The position numbers and the translations under genes are program-made. A stretch of DNA of 36,467 bases. It comes from a virus. Numbering within the stretch: position 1 is the first letter of the stretch; every line of letters begins with the position of its first letter. The notes under the pieces are model-generated. The model did not search any database. It was not told the origin of the DNA and saw only the letters and a program-made list of their open reading frames with translations. The stretch is from IMG/VR virus record IMGVR_UViG_3300020414_000004. One strand, 5' to 3'. Shown here piece after piece: positions 1 through 8,626 of the stretch.

Positions 1-77
1 GACGACTACCAGGTAAACCAAATAGTAAGCTCGATAAAAGAGTTTGGCTTTACTAACCCTATCCTGGTAGATGACGA
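1..77. repeat. Terminal duplicate (left copy) marking circular closure or terminal redundancy
   Basis: gacgactaccaggtaaacc...ctggtagatgacga is identical to 36391-36467. Confidence 0.95.
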
Positions 78-1233
78 CAATTCAATCATAGCCGGGCACG
101 GCCGTTTAATGGCCGCACAAAAGTTAGGCCTAAAAGAAGTGCCAACAATTAATCTTGGCTATTTATCAGACGCACAAAAAAAAGCGTATGTCATAGCCGA
201 CAATAGATTAGCTCTAAATGCCGGGTGGGATTTAGATATGCTTAAACTTGAAATAGATGACCTGGGCGAACTAGACTTTGATGTCGATATCCTGGGTTTT
301 ACAGATGATGAACTAAAAAATATCCTGGCCGATAAAAATGACGGCCTGGTAGATGAAGACCAGGTACCAGATGTCCAGGACGAACATATTACGAAGCCTG
401 GAGACTTATGGATCCTGGGTGAGCACAGATTATTATGTGGCGACGCTACCCTGGATGCAGACTGCAATAAATTAATGAACGGCCAATTAGCTGATCTTGT
501 TTTTACGGATCCGCCTTACAATGTTGATTATTCTGGTGGTCGAACAGGAAATATAAACGGGAATGACTCACAAAATAAAAAAGAAAAAGGCTACGGCAAA
601 ATAAAGAACGACGCTATGTCGTCTGAACAGTTTAATGAATTCATTGCGGATATATTTGCAAACTATTATTCATATATGAAGTCATTGGCTTGTATATTTG
701 TTTGCCATCCAGACTCAGTAAGTGAGGCCAAGATAACATTCGAGGTTGAATTTGCTAAACATTTTAAAAAGTCCGCCAACATTATTTGGGATAAAGGCCA
801 GGCCGGTCTTGGCTACCAGGATTATCGGGCCCAACACGAGCCAATTCTGTTTGGTTGGAAGCAAGGCGACGGCCAACATTATTTTATCGGGGCCAGAGAT
901 AAGACGACTATTTGGAGAATACAAAAAGACTCAACTATGACTTATGTACACGCTACACAAAAGCCGGTAGCATTGACAGAGGAAGCCATTTTAAATCATA
1001 GTAAAGGTAGCGACATCGTTGCAGATTATTTTGGAGGCTCTGGCTCAACATTAATTGGTTGTGAAAAGTCTGGCCGCAAATGTTATTCAATGGAACTAGA
1101 TCCAAAATATTGCGACGTTATCATTAGACGCTACCAGGAATACACCGGCAAAGATGCAGTCTTAAAGGTCGGCGATAGTCAAACTACATTTAAAGAGTTA
1201 GAAAATGAAAGAGATAAAAAACCAGAAGAATAG
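1..1233 (+). CDS. ParB/Srx-like N-terminal domain fused to a beta-class DNA methyltransferase (3' part of the junction-spanning gene)
   Basis: Frame 1 is open from nt 1. IIAGHGRLMAAQKLG is ParB-like. FTDPPYN (motif IV) precedes DYFGGSGST (AdoMet motif I), the beta-class order of N6A/N4C enzymes. Confidence 0.85.
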   Translation, partial: DDYQVNQIVSSIKEFGFTNPILVDDDNSIIAGHGRLMAAQKLGLKEVPTINLGYLSDAQKKAYVIADNRLALNAGWDLDMLKLEIDDLGELDFDVDILGFTDDELKNILADKNDGLVDEDQVPDVQDEHITKPGDLWILGEHRLLCGDATLDADCNKLMNGQLADLVFTDPPYNVDYSGGRTGNINGNDSQNKKEKGYGKIKNDAMSSEQFNEFIADIFANYYSYMKSLACIFVCHPDSVSEAKITFEVEFAKHFKKSANIIWDKGQAGLGYQDYRAQHEPILFGWKQGDGQHYFIGARDKTTIWRIQKDSTMTYVHATQKPVALTEEAILNHSKGSDIVADYFGGSGSTLIGCEKSGRKCYSMELDPKYCDVIIRRYQEYTGKDAVLKVGDSQTTFKELENERDKKPEE

Positions 1234-1687
1234 TCCAGGTCGTAAAATGAAAGTGCTCACAACTGAGGATTGCGACAGGATCACACAACTGGCCGCAACT
1301 GGCTTGGGTATTATGGATATCTGTAAAACCTTAGGTATTTCCTGGAATGTATGGCAAAGGGAGTCAAAAAAAAGTGAAATAAGTGACGCATTAAAAAAGG
1401 GAGAAAGTTTGGGCCGGGCCAAGATTGTTAATAGCCTCTACCAAAATGCCCTAAAAGGAAGCGTCCCAAGTCAAATATTCTGGCTCAAAAACAAGGGTGG
1501 CGAGGGCGAATGGCAAGACCGCCAGGAGACCGAGATCAATATTAATTTAAAAGACGTCCTGGAAGACGCCAGGGCCAGGATAAATGATCAACAAAATAAC
1601 AACACCAGGATAATAGACGGCGAGAGCCTTGATATAACAGACATTCCCCAGGATAAGCATCTTCCTAAAAAGAATGTTAGTAGCTAA
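1205..1687 (+). CDS. terS: Terminase small subunit
   Basis: HTH-like LAATGLGIMDICKTLGISWNVW and the FWLKNKGGEGEWQDRQE motif are typical of small terminases. It sits upstream of terL. Alternative start at ATG 1247. Confidence 0.75.
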   Translation: MKEIKNQKNSPGRKMKVLTTEDCDRITQLAATGLGIMDICKTLGISWNVWQRESKKSEISDALKKGESLGRAKIVNSLYQNALKGSVPSQIFWLKNKGGEGEWQDRQETEININLKDVLEDARARINDQQNNNTRIIDGESLDITDIPQDKHLPKKNVSS

Positions 1688-1752
1688 TTGCTTATGATTA
1701 AGTCCCACAATTTTGAATTCTCTCCATCCACTTCAAAATGCTTAATCAGAAC

Positions 1753-1793
1753 GGGGGAGGATCTAACTCCTCAGATCCCCCCCCTATTTTTTT
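1753..1793 (+). terminator. Rho-independent terminator-like hairpin downstream of terS
   Basis: gggggaggatct / agatcccccccc forms a 12-bp stem with 1 mismatch and an 8-nt loop, followed by a T-run (tattttttt). Confidence 0.6.
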
Positions 1794-1868
1794 CCGGCAC
1801 CCCTTTTTTGTGCGACTTATGCACTAATTTTTTTTCTGTTTTCAAAGAGCCTGGAGAGTAGTAGCACT

Positions 1869-2219
1869 ATGAAACCGCAATCAGCTAAACAAAAAGGCCG
1901 TATATTACAAAAATGGTTTCGCAACCTATTAATTGAAATATTGGATTTAAACCCGGAAGACCTGGAGTCTAGGCCTATGGGTAGCCAGGGCGAAGATATT
2001 ATTATTGGATCCGAAAGTCGGGCCCGTTTCCCATATGCCACCGAATGCAAAAACCAGGAGGCCGTTAATGTTTGGAAAAGTTATATCCAGGCCCAGGATA
2101 ATAGCGGCAAATATGAGCCGCTACTTGTAATAAAGCGTAATAGATCGTTACCCCTTGTCGTGGTAGACGCCAAACATTTTGTCGAATTAGTAAGGAGAGC
2201 AAATGAACAGCAAATATGA
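1869..2219 (+). CDS. Small PD-(D/E)XK-type nuclease (Hjc/resolvase-like), free-standing between terS and terL
   Basis: 116 aa with a GEDIII...ECK arrangement (D-x(n)-E-x-K). It overlaps the terL start by 17 nt. Confidence 0.5.
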   Translation: MKPQSAKQKGRILQKWFRNLLIEILDLNPEDLESRPMGSQGEDIIIGSESRARFPYATECKNQEAVNVWKSYIQAQDNSGKYEPLLVIKRNRSLPLVVVDAKHFVELVRRANEQQI

Positions 2220-3729
2220 AAAGGAACTTATGGCTTCTATATGGTCGCCAGAAATTAAAGACAGTCCATTAAAATTTGTAAATTTTATTTTTGAGTGGGA
2301 TAAGCCAGGCACCCCCTTGCATAATTTTAAAGGGCCCCGTGCCTGGCAAAAAAAAATTTTACTAGATCTAGAACGGGCCATTGCTAGAAACCAGGGAGAT
2401 ATAACCCCGGAAATGTTTAGACAGGCCGTAGCATCGGGCCGTGGTATTGGAAAGTCGGCCCTGGTGTCCTGGCTAATTTTATGGATGTTATCTACCAGGC
2501 TAGGTAGTACGACTATTGTCACGGCAAACACCGAACAACAATTAAGGTCTAGGACTTGGGCCGAACTAGGTAAATGGTTAACCCTGGCTATTAATAGTCA
2601 TTGGTTTGCAAAAACAGCAACGACCATAAGACCGGCCCCCTGGTTTGATGAGGCCTTGAGAAAAGATTTAAAAATTGACACCGGATATTATTACGCCCAG
2701 GCACAATTATGGTCGGAAGAGTCCCCGGACGCTTTTGCCGGTGTGCACAGTAATTATGGAATTTTATTAATTATGGATGAGGCCTCTGGTATACCAGGCT
2801 CTATTTATTCAGTTAGTGAGGGTTTCTTTACAGAGCCAACGCCAGATAGATTTTGGTTTGCTTTTTCTAACCCCAGGAGAAATAGCGGCCCGTTTTATGA
2901 GTCATTTCATAGTGCCAAAAGTTATTGGAACACCGAGCAAATAGACTCCAGGACAGTCGAGGGTACAGACAAAGAATTATTTAATAAAATGCTAGAGCAG
3001 TACGGAGAAGAGTCTAGCGTGGCCAGGGTTGAGGTTATGGGAGAATTTCCCAGGTTTGATGACGACACAGTTATTGGAATGGATCTAATAAGGTCGGCCA
3101 TTGATAGAGATGTTGCACTTACCGGATCCGAACCGATAGTTTGGGGCCTTGATGTAGCCAGGCAAGGTAGCGACCAGAGTGCTTTATGTATTCGCCAGGG
3201 TAATCATATTCTCGAAATACGAACTTATAATTCGATGGACTTGATGCAATTATGTGGAGCGATAAAAAACAAATACGACGACGAGCAAACTAACAACAGG
3301 CCGCAAGAAATATTAATTGATGTTATTGGTATTGGGGCCGGGGTTGTTGACAGATTAGCCGAACAGAATTTACCTGTTAGAGGTATTAATGTTGCAGAGA
3401 GCCCGGCGTCTAGAAAGAATTATTTAAACCTTAGAGCCGAGTTATGGTTTGCGGTTAGAGATTGGTTGGCGGGGCGTGATGTCCGGATTCCCAACGACGA
3501 TGGTCTAGTGACAGAATTAGCCTCGCCAATTTACAAATATACATCAACGGGAAAAATTAAAATTGAGTCTAAAGAAGAAATGAGAAAAAGAGGAATCAAG
3601 TCGCCGGACAAAGCAGACGCCCTGGCACTAACGATGGGATCAAGTGCGGCCGCCTTTAGTGTAAAAGATTCTTTTATGGGATATAATTTTAAGAAACCCC
3701 TAAAGTCTAAAATTTACAGAGTAGGTTAA
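2203..3729 (+). CDS. terL: Terminase large subunit
   Basis: Walker A-like GRGIGKSALVS and Walker B LLIMDEASG, plus a C-terminal nuclease-like half. Typical size and position before the portal. Confidence 0.9.
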   Translation: MNSKYEKELMASIWSPEIKDSPLKFVNFIFEWDKPGTPLHNFKGPRAWQKKILLDLERAIARNQGDITPEMFRQAVASGRGIGKSALVSWLILWMLSTRLGSTTIVTANTEQQLRSRTWAELGKWLTLAINSHWFAKTATTIRPAPWFDEALRKDLKIDTGYYYAQAQLWSEESPDAFAGVHSNYGILLIMDEASGIPGSIYSVSEGFFTEPTPDRFWFAFSNPRRNSGPFYESFHSAKSYWNTEQIDSRTVEGTDKELFNKMLEQYGEESSVARVEVMGEFPRFDDDTVIGMDLIRSAIDRDVALTGSEPIVWGLDVARQGSDQSALCIRQGNHILEIRTYNSMDLMQLCGAIKNKYDDEQTNNRPQEILIDVIGIGAGVVDRLAEQNLPVRGINVAESPASRKNYLNLRAELWFAVRDWLAGRDVRIPNDDGLVTELASPIYKYTSTGKIKIESKEEMRKRGIKSPDKADALALTMGSSAAAFSVKDSFMGYNFKKPLKSKIYRVG

Positions 3730-3734
3730 AAGTT

Positions 3735-5870
3735 ATGGCACAAGAAGATAAGTACGAAATGGATGAGCAAGAATATGACTCACAAGAATTATCATCAATT
3801 ATTAAAACAGAAATGGACGACGCTCGTGACTTCATTGACCAAATTGGTCAAGAACGAGCAGAAAACACAGACTATTATTTAGGGGCCGAGCCTGTAAATG
3901 GTAGCGAACTCCAGTCAGAATATGTCAGCACAGATGTAAGAGACAGCGTTTTATTTATGATGCCGTCTATAATGCGTACTTTTTTCGGATCCAAAAAAAT
4001 TGTTGAATTTGTCCCCCAGGGGCCAGAGGACATAGAGTTAGCTGAACAACAAACCGACTATATAAATTATGTGATCACACAAAAAAATAATGGTTTCCAG
4101 GTTTTATATAATGCTTTCAAAGATGCACTAATTAGAAAGGCCGGGTTTGTTAAAGTTTATTATGACGAGGGCCTAACAGTCACAAACCACAGTTATACAA
4201 ATTTAACATCAGACCAACGCCAGGCATTACTCCAGGACATAGAGGTAGAAATTGTAAAAGAAAAAACCGAGGAAATGACCAGGGAGGTTTATGACGACAG
4301 CACGGGCCAACAAATAACACAATCTATCCCGCTAAGATACGACATAGACATTAGGCGTGTAAAAAAGAAAAACAAAGTTTGCGTTGATGCCGTGCCGCCA
4401 GAGGAAATTTTAATATCCAGGGACGCCAGGACAATAGAAACCGCAAGTTATGTGGCCCACCGCCGCTTGATGACAGTTTCAGAATTAGTATCGATGGGTT
4501 ATGACCTAGAAGAGGTCGAGCAATATGCCGGGGCCGGGAACTACTTAGATCCAGAAACGCAAAACGAAATACAGGCCAGAAACCCTTTTAATGATGTCAC
4601 GGGCCCAGATAGAGCAGACTCTAAAGAGGTCTATTATGTAGAGCACTATTTGCATTATGACCTAGACGGCGATGGCATAGACGAAAGAATTAAAGTTTGC
4701 ACGGCCGGAGAAGGTTGCAATATTTTATTTATAGAGCCTTGCGACGAGCTACCAATAGCAATGTTCTGTCCGGATCCAGAGCCACACACGGCGATAGGAT
4801 CGTGCCCGGCCGATTATTTGAAACCTATTCAAGCGGCTAAATCACAAATAATGAGAGATAGCCTGGACAGTTTGGGCCACGCTATTTTCCCCAGGTATGC
4901 AGTCGTTGAGGGCCAGGTAAATTTAGAAGACTTAATGAACACCGATATTGGTCAACCAATTAGGCAAAGAGCTCCTGGCCAAATTCAAGCATTGACGACA
5001 CCTTTTGTCGGCAAGGAAGCGTTCCCGGTTATGAACTACCTGGACAATGTTAAAGAAGAACGCACGGGAGTTTCTAAAGCATCGATGGGCCTAAACGCAG
5101 ACGCTTTACAATCATCAACAAAAGCGGCCGTCGTTGGCACAATGAGTGCGGCCCAGGGCCGTATAGAATTAATTTGTCGTCATTTTGCAGAAACAGGCCT
5201 TAAGCCATTATTTAGAATTGTAAATAATGTCGTAATAAGAAACCAAAACGAGCAAGATGTTTTCAAATTAAATAATAAATTTATTCCGGTAGATCCTAAA
5301 TTTTGGGATATCAATAAAGACATACAAGTCAATGTTGCTATTTCTAAATCAAGCGACGAGGAAAAAGCGGCCGTCCTGGCAAGTCTTTTAACCAAACAAG
5401 AGATGATTTTAGAAAAGTTAGGCCCTAACAACCCGTTAGTGACAGGCCAACAATACGCTAACGCTATGACTAAATTTATTGAGTTAGCCGGTTTTAAAGA
5501 CGCACAACAATTTATAAACACTCAAGTCGCCCCAACGCCACCACCTAGTCCGGAACAACAAAAACCAGACGCCCAGGAAATGTTGGCAATGGCCGAGAGT
5601 GAAAAAGCAAAAGCATCGGCAAATAAAGCTATCGTCGACGCTGAAAATGACAGACTTAAAATTCTTATGGATGACGATTTCAGAAGAGACCAGGCCCAGG
5701 CCGACGCAATATTAAAAGTGATGGAACTAAATGCTAAATATGGCACAGAACTAACTATGGCGGAAATAAATGCGTACCTGGAAAGAGATAAAGAAGAAAT
5801 TAGACAACGAAACAAGTCTGTCGGACTTAACGGATCATCTACTGGAAACCCTGGCGGCCAACCGCAGTAA
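3735..5870 (+). CDS. Portal protein
   Basis: 711 aa immediately after terL, with an acidic N-terminus and a long helical C-terminal barrel-like tail. Synteny supports the call. Confidence 0.85.
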   Translation: MAQEDKYEMDEQEYDSQELSSIIKTEMDDARDFIDQIGQERAENTDYYLGAEPVNGSELQSEYVSTDVRDSVLFMMPSIMRTFFGSKKIVEFVPQGPEDIELAEQQTDYINYVITQKNNGFQVLYNAFKDALIRKAGFVKVYYDEGLTVTNHSYTNLTSDQRQALLQDIEVEIVKEKTEEMTREVYDDSTGQQITQSIPLRYDIDIRRVKKKNKVCVDAVPPEEILISRDARTIETASYVAHRRLMTVSELVSMGYDLEEVEQYAGAGNYLDPETQNEIQARNPFNDVTGPDRADSKEVYYVEHYLHYDLDGDGIDERIKVCTAGEGCNILFIEPCDELPIAMFCPDPEPHTAIGSCPADYLKPIQAAKSQIMRDSLDSLGHAIFPRYAVVEGQVNLEDLMNTDIGQPIRQRAPGQIQALTTPFVGKEAFPVMNYLDNVKEERTGVSKASMGLNADALQSSTKAAVVGTMSAAQGRIELICRHFAETGLKPLFRIVNNVVIRNQNEQDVFKLNNKFIPVDPKFWDINKDIQVNVAISKSSDEEKAAVLASLLTKQEMILEKLGPNNPLVTGQQYANAMTKFIELAGFKDAQQFINTQVAPTPPPSPEQQKPDAQEMLAMAESEKAKASANKAIVDAENDRLKILMDDDFRRDQAQADAILKVMELNAKYGTELTMAEINAYLERDKEEIRQRNKSVGLNGSSTGNPGGQPQ

Positions 5871-6039
5871 GGTTTTTCATTTAGAGGCCGTTGCCGAGGA
5901 CAGATTATTCGTTGGCACAGAAATAAAAGCCGACACTTATGAAGAGGCCGAGCTTTATTTAAGATTAGTTTTCAGAGAGGCATTATTAGACAACGATAAA
6001 ATTGAAATAGTAAAAGTAAGTGAGGAATGGCTACATTAA
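5770..6039 (+). CDS. Hypothetical protein overlapping the portal 3' end by 101 nt in another frame
   Basis: This is the only open frame covering the 5871-6026 gap. The only in-frame start codon is ATG 5770. Confidence 0.45.
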   Translation: MRTWKEIKKKLDNETSLSDLTDHLLETLAANRSKVFHLEAVAEDRLFVGTEIKADTYEEAELYLRLVFREALLDNDKIEIVKVSEEWLH

Positions 6040-6326
6040 TGGAAGATATAAGCGACAAAAGCAAATTAACTTTTTCTTTGCCTTATCTAATTCAGATAAT
6101 TGGGGCCATCGGTGCTCTTACTTATACTTATGTGACTTTGACTGAACAAGTAAACACCCTGGATAGCCAGGTTATTTCATTAAAGGCCGACGTAAAAGAA
6201 CTTGCACAATGGCAACGAGAGTGGGAAAGCGGAGGCATATTGCCCCTGGATGTCGAGCAAAATGAAAAAATAAAGTACCTGGAGAAAGAGGTCGGCAAAT
6301 TACACGAGACAATATACGGAAATTAA
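6027..6326 (+). CDS. Membrane-anchored coiled-coil protein, hypothetical
   Basis: One TM segment (LPYLIQIIGAIGALTYTYVTL) followed by a coiled coil. The likely start is ATG 6039 (TAATG overlap). Confidence 0.6.
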   Translation: MATLMEDISDKSKLTFSLPYLIQIIGAIGALTYTYVTLTEQVNTLDSQVISLKADVKELAQWQREWESGGILPLDVEQNEKIKYLEKEVGKLHETIYGN

Positions 6327-6327
6327 T

Positions 6328-6606
6328 ATGGCAAAAGATCCAAGACTAAAAAGAGCCGGGGTATCGGGTTATAACAAGCCTAAAAGAACGCCTGGACACA
6401 AAACTAAGAGCCACGTTGTCGTCGCAAAGAGCGGAGATAAAATAAAAACGATTAGGTTTGGCCAACAAGGAGTCTCCGGGGCCGGAAAAAGTCCGTCAAG
6501 TGCAAAAGACAAGGCCAGACGAAAGTCATTTAAGGCCCGACACGCAAAAAATATCGCTAAAGGCAAAATGAGTGCTGCTTATTGGGCCAACAAAACTAAA
6601 TGGTAG
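6328..6606 (+). CDS. Highly basic small protein, hypothetical
   Basis: 92 aa, rich in K/R (KPKRTPGHKTKSH, ARRKSFKARHAKNIAKGK). Confidence 0.65.
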   Translation: MAKDPRLKRAGVSGYNKPKRTPGHKTKSHVVVAKSGDKIKTIRFGQQGVSGAGKSPSSAKDKARRKSFKARHAKNIAKGKMSAAYWANKTKW

Positions 6607-6615
6607 GAGGTAATA

Positions 6616-6792
6616 ATGCCAAAAAAGAAAAGACCAGGACTTTATAAAAATATTCACGCCAAACGGGCCAGGATCAAGGCCGGATCTGGCGAGAAAATGC
6701 GTAAGCCAGGAACTAAAGGGGCCCCAACGGCCAAGGCTTTCCGACTTGCCAAAAAAACTGTTAAAAAACCAACCAAAAAAAGGAGGGCATAA
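6616..6792 (+). CDS. Highly basic 58-aa protein, hypothetical
   Basis: Not in the ORF track (under 60 aa). SD ggagg lies 6 nt upstream. Sequence: MPKKKRPGLYKNIHAKRARIKAGSGEKMRKPGTKGAPTAKAFRLAKKTVKKPTKKRRA. Confidence 0.55.
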   Translation: MPKKKRPGLYKNIHAKRARIKAGSGEKMRKPGTKGAPTAKAFRLAKKTVKKPTKKRRA

Positions 6793-6863
6793 TGCCAGGA
6801 TATCATTACGGAAAACCCAAAAAGGCTAAAAAGAAAAAGTCAAAAAAAGGTAAGAAAAAATGA
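6792..6863 (+). CDS. 23-aa lysine-rich peptide, hypothetical
   Basis: MPGYHYGKPKKAKKKKSKKGKKK. TAATG overlap upstream, ATGA overlap downstream, and SD aggagg upstream. Confidence 0.35.
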   Translation: MPGYHYGKPKKAKKKKSKKGKKK

Positions 6864-7018
6864 AGCGAAAAACTTTAACTAAAAGGCAACAAGACACTTT
6901 GAAAAGGCATAGTGCCCACCACACTAATAAGCATATGGCAGAAATGAGACGACTTATGCGTGGGGGCAAAACTTTTACAGAGAGTCATAAAATTGCTATG
7001 AAAAAAGTCGGCAAATAA
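6860..7018 (+). CDS. Basic 52-aa protein, hypothetical
   Basis: MKRKTLTKRQQDTLKRHSAHHTNKHMAEMRRLMRGGKTFTESHKIAMKKVGK, with start/stop overlaps on both sides. Confidence 0.45.
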   Translation: MKRKTLTKRQQDTLKRHSAHHTNKHMAEMRRLMRGGKTFTESHKIAMKKVGK

Positions 7019-7143
7019 TGTCTAAGGGATCGGATCCAAGACCAATGAAAGTTAATAAAGAAACTTTTGACGCCAACTGGGACAAAATTTTTAAAACTAA
7101 GAGGAAAACAAATGATCGAAAGTCTATTAAAACCGGCGTCTGA
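7018..7143 (+). CDS. 41-aa protein with an FDANWDKIF motif, hypothetical
   Basis: MSKGSDPRPMKVNKETFDANWDKIF..., TAATG-coupled to the previous ORF. Confidence 0.35.
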   Translation: MSKGSDPRPMKVNKETFDANWDKIFKTKRKTNDRKSIKTGV

Positions 7144-7528
7144 TATTATTGGAAAATTTGTCAAAGACAAAGACCTCCAGGCTAAATTAGACCACGAACT
7201 GCAAACTTTATTTCACCAGGCTAATATGGCCCAGATTGAATTATTAAAAGAGGATGCAAAATCAAAAAATTGGTTTCAAAACTCCTGGCGACCAAGTGTC
7301 GGTTGGATATGTTCTATTGCCCTGGGTGTTCATTTCGTTATTTTACCAATAGCAGAATGGGCCGCACGTATATCGGGCGTAGATGTAGATTTGCCAGAGT
7401 TTGATTTCACACAATTATCAACAATATTGATGGCTATGCTTGGAATGAGCGGCTTAAGATCATACGACAAGTCAAATTTATTGAAAGAAAAAACAAAAGT
7501 AGCAAAAGAAATTATAGATCCTCGCTAA
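7112..7528 (+). CDS. Holin, GTA-type 3TM holin-like
   Basis: SD aagagga precedes ATG 7112. N-terminal MIESLLKPASDIIGKFVKDKD, then WRPSVGWICSIALGVHFVILPI and further TM segments. Located upstream of the endolysin. Confidence 0.65.
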   Translation: MIESLLKPASDIIGKFVKDKDLQAKLDHELQTLFHQANMAQIELLKEDAKSKNWFQNSWRPSVGWICSIALGVHFVILPIAEWAARISGVDVDLPEFDFTQLSTILMAMLGMSGLRSYDKSNLLKEKTKVAKEIIDPR

Positions 7529-7719
7529 TGTTAATGTTCCTCACAGAAATAAAAGCTATTTCGTCAACGGGCCAGGAACATTTATTTAGTGGGCCCATAA
7601 TTAAGGCTTTAAGTTTTGAGGACGCCCAGGAAAAAGCAATAAAAATGAACCCAGATTTAATGATCGTAGGCGAATACCTGGGCCATATAGGAGTGTTTAA
7701 TGATTTGGAACTTTCCTAA
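7528..7719 (+). CDS. Hypothetical protein in the lysis cassette
   Basis: 63-aa ORF, start overlaps the holin stop. Confidence 0.5.
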   Translation: MLMFLTEIKAISSTGQEHLFSGPIIKALSFEDAQEKAIKMNPDLMIVGEYLGHIGVFNDLELS

Positions 7720-8074
7720 TTTCAATCCGGAAGAGTTTGCTTGTCAGCATTGCGGCAAACAAGGAATATCGCTTGACCTGGTTTCTAAATTACAACAACT
7801 AAGGACTAAGGTAGATATGCCTCTAAAAATATCCTCCGGGTATCGTTGCGACGACCATCCAATAGAGAAAAAGAAAAAAGTAAAAGGAACACACAATAAA
7901 GGCCTGGCGGCAGACATCTTGTGTTATGGAGCCGATGCTCATAAAATATTATGTGCGGCAACCGAACTAAATTTTTCCGGAATAGGTGTTAATATGAAAG
8001 GAGACCATAAGCAGAGGTTTATTCACTTGGATATATCTAAGGCGAATAATCGACCTACTGTCTGGAGTTATTAA
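7700..8074 (+). CDS. Endolysin, zinc peptidase M15 (D-Ala-D-Ala carboxypeptidase-like) family
   Basis: SSGYRCDDHPIEKK...GTHNKGLAADI...RFIHLDIS matches the H-x(n)-D-x(n)-H metal site layout of M15 peptidases. Confidence 0.8.
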   Translation: MIWNFPNFNPEEFACQHCGKQGISLDLVSKLQQLRTKVDMPLKISSGYRCDDHPIEKKKKVKGTHNKGLAADILCYGADAHKILCAATELNFSGIGVNMKGDHKQRFIHLDISKANNRPTVWSY

Positions 8075-8076
8075 TT

Positions 8077-8316
8077 ATGGAATTGACACCTTATTTAGTC
8101 TGGAATGTTATTTTAACCCTGGTATACGCCCCGCTTGTTTATGGGATCCGTCAAAATAGCCAGGAGTTAAAAAGAGTCGATATTTTACTAAATAAAACTA
8201 GGGAGGAAATGTCTAAAGACTATGTTTCAAAAATCGATAATGAGCGTGATATGGACAGGCTTTTGAGTCGATTTGACAAACTTGAGGAAAAAATAGACCA
8301 AATATTAAATGGATAA
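8077..8316 (+). CDS. Spanin-like protein or membrane-anchored lysis accessory protein
   Basis: N-terminal TM (LVWNVILTLVYAPLVYGI) plus a charged coiled coil, directly after the endolysin. Confidence 0.45.
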   Translation: MELTPYLVWNVILTLVYAPLVYGIRQNSQELKRVDILLNKTREEMSKDYVSKIDNERDMDRLLSRFDKLEEKIDQILNG

Positions 8317-8569
8317 ACAAAAAGAGATAAATGACGGCCAAGAGGCCGAAAGACTCCTGGAAAGTGATGTCTTTAAAAGTGCTTTTAATAATTACAAAAA
8401 TGAGTTAATAAAAGAATGGGAATCAACCTCGGCTAAAGACCTGGACACACGGGAGAATCTTTACCGGGCATTAAAAGTTTTACCAGAGGTAGAACGACAT
8501 TTAAGAATCATCGTCGAAAAAGGGAAACTAAATTCTAAGGACTTTAATGTTTTAAGAAAAGTTTCTTAA
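8309..8569 (+). CDS. Conserved phage protein (Bbp19-like by motif impression)
   Basis: 86 aa with ERLLESDVFKSAF...RENLYRALKVLPEVERHLRIIVEKG, upstream of the scaffold. Confidence 0.5.
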   Translation: MDKQKEINDGQEAERLLESDVFKSAFNNYKNELIKEWESTSAKDLDTRENLYRALKVLPEVERHLRIIVEKGKLNSKDFNVLRKVS

Positions 8570-8577
8570 GGTGGCTA

Positions 8578-8607
8578 TTGTAATTTTTACAGTAGTCGTG
8601 AGATAAT
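8578..8607 (+). promoter_or_regulatory. Sigma70-like promoter candidate for the scaffold/capsid genes
   Basis: ttgtaa, 18 nt, gataat. It contains GTAGTCGT (8592-8599), which also occurs at 36197-36204. Confidence 0.3.
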
Positions 8608-8626
8608 TTAACTAGAGGACACGAAT

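Noticed and set aside
1-77. The 77-bp terminal repeat as a biological direct terminal repeat or LTR
   Set aside because: It falls in the middle of an intact ORF and has the look of an assembler overlap on a circular or circularly permuted genome. True termini cannot be inferred from sequence alone.
159-467. Antisense ORFs inside the methyltransferase gene (159-467, 715-924) and the same-strand out-of-frame ORF 746-940
   Set aside because: They lie entirely within a well-supported CDS with clear motifs. Their composition is low-complexity or serine-rich, as expected for shadow frames, and they have no SD.
1777-1784. C8 homopolymer as a phase-variation switch
   Set aside because: It is non-coding and forms the 3' arm of the terminator hairpin. 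No reading frame depends on it.
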